A stretch of 64,000 bases of DNA from Phoronis australis (GCA_002633005.1 NMRA01000332.1:1-64000), one strand, 5' to 3'; counted from the stretch's first letter, positions 37,601-52,600 are shown. The notes: generated by a model not told the origin, from the sequence alone. Numbers and translations: made by a program.

Positions 37601-40600
37601 AAATCATAAACTCATACTTTGTATTGTGTGATTCACAATGAATTGCTGACTCGATGCCACAAAATGTTAACTTCGAAAATAGTACACCGTCCATGATATC
37701 ATCTTGTTAATTTGCGAAACGGAAGATTTGAGAGTCTCGTAATTTCATGATTTCTGATCATAAAAACGGAATTTTCAACCTTCTAGTTTACAATAGTGAC
37801 CATAACAGTGACGTACATCACAGATCTAGGTAACACTTGACAGTTGCAAATTATTAAAATATGCCTAAAGTGATTTACATGGAACATTTTACATTAACCA
37901 TGCAATACCTGTAATTACACACCCATCTGATTACCTCTGCACAGAAACAAAAGTCAAACCATTGGTAAAATGCTTTGCTCACATGTGTCCAGTTTAATTA
38001 AACACACATTGTTTACATGACTAATTATACATTAACAAGAATATCAGCATGCATTTAAACAANGAACTGTTCGTTAAATGATCCGCTTTTACAAGAGGGA
38101 CAATTGAAGAATTTTTATGACAACAAGCATAACTTGCATGAAACGATATGATAATTTATCATCCAGAATATTTGTAACAAATGAGCTTTGGTTAGTATAC
38201 ATTATTGATACCGTTGGTTAGTATACATTGTTGATACTGTTGGTTTGCTAAATCTTCAATAAAAAGACGATTCAATTAATAGCTGATTGGTATAATGGCA
38301 AGGATAAACTTCTGCAGGCTTTATACTATTTAAAGAAAACTTATAAACTTTTGTAGATAATTGACTGAATTCATAGACTTGTTGACAAACTCCTACATGA
38401 TCTTATAATAAGTCCAAAATCAAATTGTACAGGCTTCCTGCTTTGAGATAAAAAATACACGCACTTTCAGTTGAGAGGAACCATGGAAATAAGTACGAAC
38501 ATTTTATTTTATAGAAAAAAATCAGCTTGATGTTGTCTACAACAGACATTCAAAACGCAGACAACACACTCACCTGTTACATGGAATTGGTAATAAATAC
38601 GAAGAGACTGGAAAGCTCAGACGGAAATCTATCTTATCGTGGGTGCTTCCCTCTTCAGTCTGAAAAAAGAAACATCAACAAAACAGTCAGTTACAGCTAA
38701 CAAAGAAACGCTAAAGAACTTTCAAAAAATTGTGCAGTTGCTTTTTAAACATGCAAAAGTCGAACCTTCGCTTAACACATTCAGATATCTGTGGAATATT
38801 TCTTCTAGTTCAGGCCCTTCTCCCTTCTGATAAGGTGGATGAGGGTAGTCCAAATGAACTGTCCCACTACATCCAAATAATGCAAGTTTTTGAGTATTGA
38901 TTTCTGGGCTTTGGAAAAACAGACAAACCACTGCTGCTGAAGACTGTTCAAGAGCCTGCGATCTGTTCAATTCAATATACCAAAGTAATACGACCAATAG
39001 ACCAATGGGGGAACAGACTAATTCTATGCTTGAATAATAGGTGGAGATGCTATAGCATCCACATGCTTCAATGAGGTTCACATGTTGTGCAGTTAAAGCA
39101 TACGATGGCTTACAATCTTTTTCTGCTCGTTTAAAGTTGTACATCTTAAACACCAACTTTTATACACCACATATTGCAGACCAAATTGGGACAATTGGAC
39201 ACATTTATGCCACAACAAGTACCTTAACAATGTAGGTGAGAGTACCCTTTAACTTCTGAGTCATGCTAATACTTTGCACTTGAAATGCAAACTGTCCCTC
39301 GTTCTGGGCACCTGGTAGCAGGATGAATGGCACTTTGACCGGATCGTGTTGGGAAGCTCCAACCTAGAAACCATAACGATGACACATGAATGACAAGCAA
39401 ACTATTCACAGACACGCTCAACCTTGAGCATGACCTACAAGTCAATTATGTAACAGGCACTAATTAGATGATGTTGGATATTGAGCAAAGCTGCAATATA
39501 CTACATTACTTATAAATAGCACTTGATCCTTGCCTCCTTGATTCAAAGTGACAATAAGACACAAACAACAAGTGAGGCATAGTTGGCAGATTAACATTCT
39601 AAAATGAAGCAGAAATCTGATAACTCACACATGTGTAATATTTATTTCACAGGCCACCGGCCTTTTGAAATCATAAACTCATACTTTGTATTGTGTGATT
39701 CACAATGAATTGCTGACTCGATGCCACAAAATGTTATCTTCGAAAATAGTACACCATCCATAATATCATCTTGTTAATTTGCGAAACGGAAGATTTGAGA
39801 GTCTTGTAATTTCATGATTTCTGATCATAAAAACGGAATTTTCAACCTTCTAGTTTACAATAGTGACCATAACAGTGACGTACATCACAGATCTAGGTAA
39901 CACTTGACAGTTGCAAATTATTAAAATATGCCTAAAGTGATTTACATGGAACATTTTACATTAACCATGCAATACCTGTAATTACACACCCATCTGATTA
40001 CCTCTGCACAGAAACAAAAGTCAAACCATTGGTAAAATGCTTTGCTCACATGTGTCCAGTTTAATTAAACACACATTGTTTACATGACTAATTATACATT
40101 AACAAGAATATCAGCATGCATTTAAACAAGAATTCAACAACTACTTCAGCAGGAGCACGCAGGGCTTGGAATGACCCATGACAAAAAAGCGGAAATTTAT
40201 ACGGCCCTAAACAGGCACGCACCCAGCCTTTGAAAATGTCGATGCAGACCCTTTTGCCGACAAAAATCGGGAGGACTAAAAAAGCCACCTCCAGAAGTGT
40301 GCGTCTGCGTCTTTTTAGCTCGTCCGTCCGCTCCCATCTCCACACATTTTTGGCTGCGGAGTCGTAGTATTTGTCACCGCGGTTTACAGTCACACGAGAC
40401 GCCATTCAACAAATCCACCACGCTATCCCAGGTGCCCCGGCAATGTTGACAATTTACGTTCCTCCGAAACGTAAAGAGTAACTTCCGCTTTTCGAGGTGA
40501 AAGTTGTCGGCAAAGCCGCGGTAAGAAAGAAATTTGCCGTGGAAATTTTATATCAAATCCGATTTTTTTTACACGGACAGAACATTTGAAAAAAGTGGAA

Positions 40601-43600
40601 ATCCGCGTTTCCGCGGAAAATTCCAAGCCTTGAGCACATGACCTACCCCTCGTGTCAGCTTCATATTCATGGAATCCATCACATTGAACTCCAGGTCCTT
40701 GATACAGCTAGACGTCAGGTTGGTGAAGATGACCGAGGCCACCACACTATTGGACTGTTGCGGGTTCACTCGAGTTTCATATTCCTGAAATAGTACGGAG
40801 ACCGTAAAGTGTTCTAGATACTGTCTGCAGACCAATGATGACAACTGTTAAAACTGTTGGTAGAGCATTGGTTCTGGACATACACGTCAACCGTTAGGAT
40901 GCAATTGCGAACTAATTAATTTAAGACGCTTGATAGGATCACATTCACAGGCTACTGAGGAAAACCACAAGGACAGATATTCATGACAGCAATAAAGATG
41001 GCGATTCTCAGCTATCAATCAGAATGCTTTGAGCGCAGTAAGCTATAGATGAAAAAGCATTAATTTTTTGAAAAGAGGACAGAGTTTCTAAACCATGCAT
41101 TAGAATATTAATAAAATCATGCCAAGAAAATGTAGAAGATGGCATATTATAATGAAAACAGGATAATGTTGTAGCAGGGGCAGATCCAGGACTTTTTAAA
41201 AGGGGGGTCGTTGGATCAAGAAGTTTTATGAAAAAGGGCTCCAATCAAAAGTTTGAAAATTCTAGATTTGACATCATTAAAATTAATGGAAAAAAGGAGG
41301 GGTTCAGATCCCCTAGCTCCCACTGGATCCACCTATGTGCAAGATGCTGGAGACACCATGGTGGCGATGTTAAGACTGGATACAGTTGCACTGAACTTGC
41401 GATGAGAAATCATCACTTATCGAACACACAATTCTGAGCCATAGTTTATGAATTCCATCCCAAAACACTTTAACCTCACTGACCAATCACTTAAATAAGT
41501 GATCGTCATTTTGCAAAGTTACAATGTCTAGTAGGGTCTCTAGTACACTTGCCAATCGCCCCCTTTCACTCGCGTGATTTTACGTGATGTCGCTTTTCGC
41601 ACAAAAAACTTCGCCTACGGATTGTTACCCAGGGTTGAGTTCTGTAGACACAAGAATCTAGCAAATGAAGCTACCTAGGTGTGGTCACTCACTTTGCAAG
41701 CAATACACATCAATATCTCCCTAAGTGTTTCCTAATCTTGCATTTTCATGAGGTTCTCACATCTAAGGAACACACACCTGATGATTAGCTAAGCCTAATT
41801 GAACATTATAACATGACAATTGAATATCCATTAAAAAACGCGCAGCGCAATACTCACTATCTTCAAGGTCTTGTTATCACCAAGGACTTTGTACCTAGAC
41901 ATAGCCTGCAAAGTACACAACATAAGTAACTACCAAATCATTTTTAAAAACTTTCCATGCATGCAGTCGCACTGCACTAAATCACAACCACGACTACGGA
42001 CAGAACACTGAGCCTACGCACTTCAGGTCACATAATTAAGGCAAACAAACTAAGAAAAAAAGGACTACAAGCCTCTCTGACATGTCTAATTCACAAAGGC
42101 TTACTGTGCTATTTAACCCAAGTCCATCGCATAGCTTCTTGAGGCTGAAAGTTGAAAATCCTGCCACAAATACAACTTGACCACACACCAATGACGAAGA
42201 GCTCCATGTCGCTCACTTGTAAAAGTTTGTCACAAGTAAGACTACATCTGTTAGGTAAGCACTACTCCACTGCACCTTCATAACGACATTTGAGGACAGG
42301 TTAGTTTAAATACCCAGGAAGGCTTCAGGTATTTAGATAAAACAAACACCAAGCCCCTTGAGGACAGGTTTAAGTTTATACCATGGAAGCTTCAGGTATT
42401 TAGATAAAACAAACACCAAGCCCCTTGAGGACAGGTTTAAGTTTATACCCAGGAAGGCTTTAGGTATTTAGATAAAACAAACACCAAGCCCCGGGTCTAT
42501 TTACTCGAAATTGAAATAAAAAAAAGTTTCTCACATTTTCTGTTTTACTTTAGCACAAACTCAATGTAAATGTCTATTGTTCTGAACTGGAGTGTGTCGG
42601 TAGTTTATATAATCCTATTTTGCACTTGATGACCCCAGCACTAAAGCTATACGTTATAGTTTGAACTCAAAATGTTGAATTGTTACTCGAAATCTCGAGT
42701 TTTCACTCAAGTTTCTAGCTCAAATCTAGGAGTCAACAAGCACAAATTTGGACTATACACTCTATTTCATAATCCATAACTTGAACACAGAATGACAGGA
42801 AATTATCTTTGAGTTAAATGAGGTATTGTTTGGCAGGCATAATGCATGAACATGTTATTAACTTGGTCTGTTTGGTCAAATATACTTGTAAAGCCAAATT
42901 CTGTGTTTGCAGCTACTCAAAAACAGACCCTGTAGATATCACGAGTTTAAAAAGTAATTTTCTGTAATAACTATGAATATGACCTATTCATTGAAAGGTG
43001 TGCCCCTGTGACTCACTTATTTGTGTAATTTTCGTCTTTGATAATATTCTGGTGTATCTATGCGCGTGTGTGTTTGTGTACTACTTTGTGTGCTGTCAGA
43101 CATTCTGTTCAATAAATATATATAAAAAATAATTCAGTAACACGATTAGACCCCAGGTCCAGGTTATCATTAATCATGCTGAATAGATCACCAGTTGCAA
43201 TGTAACTAATGTCAAGTCTGTGCGGTTTAGTAAGCCAATGCCGAAGTCAACACAGTCCTTATGCAGCTTTATGTTATTGAGTATCAGTACACTAACCGGA
43301 AGTTGTGACATTAGATCGGGAGCCGGTGAGGCAGAGTTGACATGTTCTTTAGACGGTGTTGACATTCCCTCGGCTTCCTCGTAACCAGATTTCTTCTTAC
43401 TTCCTTTTTTCTCCTTCTTCAGTTTCTTCTCTTTTTTCTTTTTAGGCTTCTGTAAATATGCAAAGTGTTAGTTTTACAAGATAAAGCATGCTCATACCAA
43501 AAAAGACTAAAAAGTGTTGGAGAACCAGACATAAATTCCGTTGGTGCAACAATGCCCCCAATTGGAGTAAGAGGCATTAGGAGGCACAGTGGTAGTTACA

Positions 43601-46600
43601 TCATGATCAACATTATCAAAGGTTTTGGCAAAATCAATAATACCAGTCTAAGCCTAGTTTGTAAATTATGGCACATCTTCCTTATTTTCTTGGCCTTGAA
43701 CAATTTAATTCAGCTTTACCTCATGTGGCACTTCTTCTGGCTTCGTTTCTTCTGCTTGGACTACTTCTGTGGATTGCACTGGTTCACTGCTGCCTGACAG
43801 CCAGAAGTCAAGGTCATCAGTGCCCTGTGAAAGGATATAAATTGTCAGAAACTACAGAAAACAAGCAGAACAAACCCGATTCCACTTAGAGAAGTTTAGA
43901 GAAACCCCACATGCAAAAAGCTAAATGTAAACTCAAAAACTGGCAAAAACAAGACACAGAATATCTGCTGAATTTTACAAAAGATTTGCAGGTGAATGGA
44001 TGAAGACTCATCCATTACTCATATGACCTTAAAACACTCCCTTAACATTCTAAATCTTTGGCGGCAACTAAGAAGTTACACTGAACATAGTCTTCTACAA
44101 GTTCCAAAAAAATGTAATATTTCCTAAAGGGTCCTTCACCTGCGTTCCAAGAACACAAATCTACTCGAAATCTAAAGTGAAAACTGACCAATCATGTGGC
44201 ATGCATTACAAGGGGTGACCGGACAATTCTTGAGTGGAGTCTTAACTAAGATTCCACGGTCATAAGCCGTAGTTCAATTCATCTTACCGGCGTGGAATTA
44301 ACAGGTTTCTTCTCTGGACTCAGCTGAGGTGTTATGGTTGGAGTCACAGACTTGGCCGGGGAGTCTGTCACCTCAGAGGCTAGGAGATCAGGGGTCAAAG
44401 CCTCTTCTGGCTCTGACTTAGTCGTCTTTTTCTTCTTGCCCTTTCATGGAAAGTGTCTAGTTTAATATACTTTTAAAATAAATATTGGATTTGGGAACAA
44501 TTGGTCTGCAAGTGTTCAAAAACAAAAAACACTTCAACATTGCATGATCAGGAAAACGGGTACATCAATTACAAAAAAAACACCATTTTACAATAAAAAA
44601 TTATCAGATCTGTGTCTTAGAAATGTTTTAAATCTGTGTTACAAAATGATAAATTTGAGCTGTAGTTATAACTACAGTAAAGCATGTCAGCCTATGACTT
44701 TGTGACTTTCTCGCTGCATCAAGCATTTGAATTACGTTAACAAAAATAAACCTTTTTCTCCTTTTTCTCTTTCTTGTCTCCAGATTTGTGTTTATGCTTT
44801 TTCTTTGTCTTGCTTGGCTCGCGTTCCTCTACCACCGCCGGTGTCTCTGTGACCTCTCTGTGCCTGCGCACCGGCAATTGCTCGTCATCTCGTAACGGCC
44901 TAAAAGTGAGTCAGCCATATTTGACGCATGGCACGATGAGCACAGTAAAATAAAATATTCTAAGAGAATAAACTGAATGGGCAATGCTGAGCAATACTGA
45001 GAAATATTGCTTAATATAATGACACACTACCTCTACCTCCACCACCAACACGGATTACCGCAATTCAAATAAGTGAAGTGTCATAAGTATTACAACTATA
45101 CTCTGACCAACTCAACAAACTGAAGAGCAGCATGCACAAACTGCTGGCTAAACAAAACAGAGAATGCAATTGTCAATCACCGTGTACTTGATTAAACGCT
45201 ACAATAATTGCACAACTACAAGACTCCAGAGTTAAGGCAGACAAAAAATCCTGTGTTAAAAAGCACTGCTAGCATGAGATCGCTGTTAAGTCAGACCCAG
45301 TACTTACTCATCTAGGTTGATGTCGAGAGCACTGTATTCTTCATTGGCATGGCTGTCTTCGTTGTCTGACAATGCAACACCCTGCATATCAAAGTGTCTG
45401 AGTGAGACATTGAAAGCACTGCCAGCAAGATGCTTGACATTGACTAAATTAAAATTCTTATTCAATCCGTTGCTAGACATGACCAAATGAATACACACAC
45501 ATGAGTGCACACATACATGAACACACACACACACGTTGGCAGTGAAATGCATAATTGTCGAGCAGCATGCTCAGTAAATTACACCCAACTTTTCATCTGC
45601 AACTTTTTTGTCAAAAATTATTCACCTGCGTCTAGTTAAGCTGACCACACACAAGTAACTGCCAACGTAACACACTGTGGGAACAAAACACTGAAATCAA
45701 TACAAGTCTAACATGAGTTCATGTTGAAACTGATAACTATCTTCACAGGCCACTTTTTACGAGGTGGAAGCCAGCAACAGCCTAACTACAGCTGGGTGTA
45801 ACACCCTTCTAAGTTGACCCCCCTACTGTTCACTTCCCTCACAGCTTGTTGTCTCACCTCGGGCATGTCCATGGCTGTACTGACTTCATGCATAATCTCA
45901 ACCTCATCATCTTCCGACTCCGACTGAGGCTGGCCTTTCTTCTTCCTATTCTTCTTCTTCTTCTTCGACTTGCTTGATTTTGACTTTGACTTGCGGTTGA
46001 GTTCATCCTTCTGCAGTTGCAGATATTTGTCCGATGACGTCATGCCTGACAAAACAATAACTACAGGTTTACATGCTCACTTGACTTTCTTCAAGACAAT
46101 TCAAACAACGCAGGACAATACCAAATGAATTTTTGGGCTTGGATGCTATCTATTATTGAAACATTTTATCACAAAAAAAAACAAAGAATGACTTTGACTT
46201 TAATTTGCAGTCGTTAAATCAGTATATCAAAATTAATCAACTTAATTTCAGTTACATCATTCCAATCTCATAAAGAAACGATGCATTTGCAAAAACATGT
46301 AAATGGCCGTATTAGCTACAACTGAACTAACGGCCTTTAATAAAACAGGTGAAGTTTCAAGTTAATCAAGGTCACAGCTGGTACGCTTACCTGGGACATG
46401 AAGAGGTACAGAGAGGTCAATGGCCGTGACGGGAATATCTTCAACGTGTTTAACTGTCTTCTTGGTGGAGCCCTTGATGTAGAAGGGATTACTGGCCTGA
46501 TCCTGCAGCCGCTGCATGCGCTGCTGCTCAATCTCCTCAGGGGACGGTTGGTGCTGCTTACGCGACTCCAGCTGATAGTTCATTCTGAAACACGCGAGTA

Positions 46601-49600
46601 TAAGTGAGGTGAGAATGCAGGAACAATACAGATCAGAGGTTAGCCTGGCTGGGAACACTGAAAACGTACTGAAACTGTGCACAGCTACAAAAATATGGAA
46701 GAAGTAGGAAACTTTTAATGAATGTTTCTTTTTTTACATTCAGTGAATGGTACTGTAGCTCATGGAAGAGGCAAACTCCCTAAATTAAATTAATGTAGGC
46801 AAACGCATGACCTGACCAACATAAGGAGTCTTCTAACAAGATTACCTAGTACACAATTCATTGAACAAAATCCACGCAGCACTCTAATTTCTTTCAACAT
46901 AATAAGCAAATCTTACCCGTGCTCTTCCACATTAGTGAACAGGTTGCCTCTAACAGGTTCTTCTTCATCAGAACTCTCTTTAGGGGGCTCATTGATCCAC
47001 TTGTCCAGGTCCAGGCTAGAAGCAACAAGTTAAAACTGATTACCCAAGCACTAGGCACCAAATTACACTGAATATCAAACTGTGAAGATTCCAAGACTAA
47101 TAAGGAAATGCATATGTTAATAAACTGAAATACATAACATAGCAGAAAACAGCAACGGTTTTAGCAGATTACATGATTGTGCAACAAAATGTCATTATGG
47201 ATGAAAAAGGGGTTTTCTGAAATCAGACTCAACGTCAAATTGAGCTCTTAACCGCAGCAGTCACAATTCAATGCTTTACTAGTGGAAATGAACCTACAAG
47301 ACAAATGGTAAATTATTTTAAGCTTATTTAATCATCGAAGTTGTCGGCCTTGACTTCAGCAAATGGCTGGCAGACGACGACTAGTATTGGTGATATATAA
47401 TAAAATCATCAAACCGCAGCAGATTTTGTTGCTTTATAATACTCTTTTCAAAGTTAATAACTTCAAAAAGTCTATCCAATCCAATACTAATCATCCAAAA
47501 TGCCTTTTCTGGCAATAAACTGATAAAGGTCCGTTTGAGCACATACGTGTGGATAGTTTTTTTCACTTCTGCTGCAAACTGTCATCAAAAGGTGTCTTTT
47601 TATATTAAATTAAAAAGTAATCCAGGAAGACATCTAGTTTTCTCTGCCACTCACTGTAGTATGTTCCTCTAGTCCCAACAAATCACTCTTCCACAATAGA
47701 CACACACACTCAGTCACACTCCTGAGCGCACACACCCACACAGACTCTGGGAGCTCCTTGACTGTCTATGTACGATTTCACAATTTGAGTGAACTTATGG
47801 ACTGACCACCGCGGCTTGCAATGACCAATGACAAAACAGAGGAAAAACTCCCAGGTGATGTATCGTTCCACAAATCAAGAGGCTTATGTAATACAAATAT
47901 ATTTTTGTATTGTAAAATTTAACTGAAATAAACGTTTTTGCCTGATTAAAGTCAAAATAATGACAAAGAAAGAGACGAAAAAGAGGAGACTGGAAATCAA
48001 ATGAGAGGAAATTGTAACCAAAAAGAGGAACTCTTAAAATACAGGGCTTGGAATGACCAATGACAAAAAACGCGGAAACTTTTTTCCGTCCAAATCATGC
48101 GCGCTACCCAGCCTTGAAATGGTCGATGTGAACCTTTCCCTGACAAAAATCAGGACTAAAAAAAATATGTTACCATCATCAGTAGCATGCGTCTGTGTCC
48201 TTTTAGCTCGTCCGTCCACTCCCAACCCACACATTTTTGGCTGCAGAGCCGTAGTATTTGTCGCCGCGGTTTACAATAACACGAAAGTCCCACCACGCTA
48301 TCCCAGATGCCCCGGCAATAATGACAATTTACGTTCCTCCGAAACATAAAGAACAACTTTCGCTTTTCGAGGTGAACATCGTCTGCAACGCCGCGGTAAG
48401 AAAGGAATTTGCCACGGAAATTTTATATCAAATCCGATTTTTTTTTACGCGGAAATATAATAAAATGCGCGGACAGAACATTTGAAAAAAGCGGAAATCT
48501 GCGTTTCCGCGGAAAATTCCAAGCCCTGAAAATAGGAAAATTCCAAGCCCTGAATCACACAGGTGGCAAATGTCACTAGAAGGAATTGTGCAAAATAAAA
48601 TAACGTAAAACGATGACACATTGAACTTTAAAAAAATGAGGCACTACTACCTAAGGCACCAGCCTAAACTTTGAAGGGATCGTATCCCAGACTCACCCCT
48701 CAGGCACTGGCACCTTCTTCTGAGCCTTGGCAGCCACAGGGTTGAGGTCACCGGCAAACAGAGAGCCGACCTCTTCAGCACACTTGACACCCTTGTCCTG
48801 CAGCTTGGTAATATATTTCATGAGCTGCAGTGCACAGCAGGCCTGCGGAGAACAACAGAGTTACAAGGTCAGTGTACAGAAGGCCTGCAGAGAACAACAG
48901 ATCTGTGAGACACTGCAATTCTTCCAAGAACCCAGAGACCAATTGCATGAGACAGCTAATAGGGATTCAATTATGTTTTGTAAGTTTACATTGCATTTGT
49001 AGACTTTGTAGATCCTCTGGTTGTCCTTTCTTCTGCTGTTTTATTTTCATTCACATGTCAAATTTTAGCAATGACACATATTGGGAGTAAACCATACAAT
49101 GAATTCTTAGTAGTACTGAAAATAAATACAAACCTTTTTGGCAATGTTCTACTTTAAGGACTTGGCTCTAATTTCTAGACAGCATGCATTTCTTTTTAGA
49201 CAGTATCATTCCCAAATTGTATTTGATGGTCAGACTAATTTCCAAACCCATAACTAGGGCTTTACAAGCATTATTTTCTCACTCAAATATGAGGCCTGTA
49301 TAGCCGGCTCCCCAACTTAAACTCACCACATCAACACCCGTCTACATTCGCCCAGTTCCCCTAGGCTATTATTACTTACCCTCTCCTGCACCTCAAGGTC
49401 GGCACTTTGCACAAACATAGGCAGCTTGTCCGTCAGCAGCTGCGTGACCTCTCGGGTCAGTTCGCCGTCGTCTTCATCCTCAGCCTGATGCAGAATGCGT
49501 GAGTACAGCTTGAGTACATTCTGTACATAGACACTCTGGATGTGCCCAGGCAGGCTAGTCACCTTGGCCCGCAACATAGACTCAAGTGTCGACTTGGGAT

Positions 49601-52600
49601 CAGCCAAGTGTCTGGAATGAGACGGAACAATGTTTGGCAGAAATTAAAAAGCTGATTCTGAACAGCAGTGACTTAACATGAGCAAGGGCACTCACCATAA
49701 CCATACTTAGGTAACTTTCAGTGAGTGCTTCATAAAAGTGGCAGCCAGACAGATTTTATTCATCTATTTTACATTGGGTAAACCATGTTTTTGGTGTTTT
49801 TCAACGTGTGAGCCAGTCATAAGCTATCCTAAATTTGATCGTTAAGCATACAAGCAAAAAGAGAAGACCCAATACCACAGAGTGTTTGGTGAAACTAGCT
49901 AGGCAAAACCCAAGCCTGTATAAAATTTAAGTCTATTAATGTTAAATCTAACTCTCAAGTCTGTATCAACAGTGTGAGAGCAGGACTATTACGTGTGTAT
50001 TGAACTAAAAGTGGCCATGAGAAAAGGCTGGATTAGAGGTTACAAAGGCAATTTTTTCAGATACTAAGTACAACTTTGCAAAGGAACGTACTCAGAGAAC
50101 TCTCCACAGATCCATGCGGCTGCGTACAGCACCTCGGCTATGCCGTTTCTCTGTGCATTGTTGGCGAGAACGCAGGCATTCTCTAACAGTACTGCCATCT
50201 GGCCGACGGCGAAGGGACGAATGGCTTGGACTCGAATGGCGACATCCAACATCTGGGAGGCGATGAGTCGGCCATGGCGGGTGCCCTCCATACGTGTCAG
50301 CTCCACCAACACGCTCACGTACCTGTAGAAAGAGGGAGGTGAGTGAAACGAGGCTGAAAAGGCGTGAATTAATATAATGAACGAAGATGTCAAACATCTG
50401 GGAGGCTGTCACTTGCCAACAATGAATGCCCTCTCTGTGAGTTTGTTTCAGTATCATGCTTAAATACTTAGGGAGACAGCAAGGAGCAATTTAAGTCAGA
50501 TTATTTAACAACAATGGAATGCGAATGAACAATTTGGGCATCTGTGATGCCATCAGTTGGCCATTTTGGATGCCTTCCACATGAGTCTGCTTTACCAGCA
50601 CTCACATAGATAACAGTACAAGTATCTTCTCGTGAAAAAATGATGGACAGAGCAGCATTTTTCAGCACATTGTCCACGATTTTTCTTTTCCACATGATAT
50701 CAACAACGTTAATTGAATTTTAGGACATGATCTTCCGTCACCAAGTGAAAATTCTCTACCGTAAATGCAATAACACCAACATACAACGGGTGATGAACCA
50801 GTAGAACGGAAATAAATTTTGACGAATGCGGTCACCTCTTTAAACAAGAGCAACGCAGAGCGTTGAACTGCGCCCACAATTGCACCGTATACTTCATAGT
50901 CACGAAGTAAAACAAAGTATACACCTTAAGACCTATGAAAATACAGAGGTCAATGTAAAATACTTAAAATACTTAAATTGCCACTAGAGGCATACCGGTA
51001 GTCAGAATCATCCTAAAGTCGTCACCGTCAGTTGTCAACATCACATAAATACACTTGCTAAATTTAGTAAAGATCCTGCAAACGGTTTGGGAGATACAGC
51101 CATGGGCGCAAAAAAAAATCTGCCACAAGGAGGCGCCACAGTAATCAAAGTCATGGGAAATTCAGCGTCAACCGTCCTCTTCATAGTAAGAACATACATG
51201 CCAATTTTCACAATCATACTTAGAGCGGTTTGGTTGATAGAGGGGTGCATGCCAAAAAACAGACTCAAAACAGTAAAAATGGCCATTGGGTGTCGCAAAC
51301 GAGGTCGAATCCATCCGAAAACGGGAGGATAGCGTCATCACACTAATAGGTGCCTACATACCAAATTTCATGAAAATCCGTTCAGGACTTTTGAAGATAC
51401 AAAGGCAAGCGTAAAAAAATAAAATTGCCACTAGGGGGCACACCGGTAGTCGGAACCGTCCGAAAATTCGCACATGCTGTCCCATTCATGAATGGAACAT
51501 ATGTGCCAAATTTCATGAACGTATGTCAAAGGGTTTTGGAGATAGAGCAGCAAACGCCGGACGCCAGACGCCGGACGGACGCCGCCCGTACAGACGGACG
51601 GAGATGACGGCATAATGCGTCCACATATAAATATGTGGGCGCATAAAAAAGACAACAGCGAATGCATCAAATCCTGCCCAACATACCACTCAAAATTTGT
51701 GATGTACTGGTAATTGGACTGACTGCTGATCTCAATGGTCTTGCACAGCAGCTCATCCCTGTAGTGTGAACCCTCAGCTTTGTCCATGTGTACCATAAGC
51801 TTCTTGACTATCTCCATCAGGTTCTTCTTAGACACCTGACAACACACAAGAACAGAGTAAGATGAAATAAGACGAACGGCAACAAGAATTATATTAAAAG
51901 ACCCAACATTTCCAGCATTGCCCTTTTTCAGAGATTGAAACGGACCACGGGATCAGGTAAAGTCAGGGTGGCACAGTTTACTAGTCCCACAGTCCGTTAC
52001 ACCCGATGTGACAGAGTAGTGGTCGAAATGTTGGCGTTGATTCAACAGGTGTTCAGTGCAGTGGGCCCACATACGTGGCCTGTGCACGTCTGGTACAACG
52101 TGTGCCAGACCGTATTTTTATGTTTATATCTACATTCATATTTACTTATATGCACTTTAACACTTTGTTACTATTACCGATATGAAACTGACAGTAAAAC
52201 TAGTGCAAGATGGATCAAACTGGGCGTGAGATTTTATCAGTGAAAGCGAAACTCAAATCATCTGAAAGGAAGAGAGCATGAAGTATTCATTGACACCGTG
52301 GAACTGTGAGAGTGAAGCAAAGATCCAACTCATGTGTGTGCGAAAGGTAAGTTTCATCCTTCAAAAACCACAACACTCAGGAACATGTACCAATGCCTTT
52401 TACTAACTACCAAAGGATCTTCTGATGCTCTGAGCACATGAAAGCCAGGAACACAAATCCCTAAGTTAGATTTAGATTAAAATTGCAACAGCCATATCAA
52501 CAGGAACCTTTTCTGTACTAATAAGGCCACTAAGCAACTCTTAGACTAATGTGTTACCATGCCATATAGGAGGTCAAGGGCCCGGAGTCGTATAGACTCA

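Larger units (their letters stand above)
36001..40129. repeat. ~2.07 kb direct tandem duplication (36001-38062 / 38064-40129) inside AP3D1
   Basis: Colinear near-identical copies with scattered intronic SNPs and indels; single N at the junction (38063). Confidence 0.97.

Noticed and set aside
36561-39156. 175-aa and 144-aa ORFs in the duplicated intron as a nested gene pair
   Set aside because: Non-ATG starts, no recognisable domain, and the two copies end differently; intronic to AP3D1
42291-42492. Regularly spaced direct repeats as a CRISPR array
   Set aside because: Head-to-tail units without unique spacers, no cas genes, eukaryotic intron
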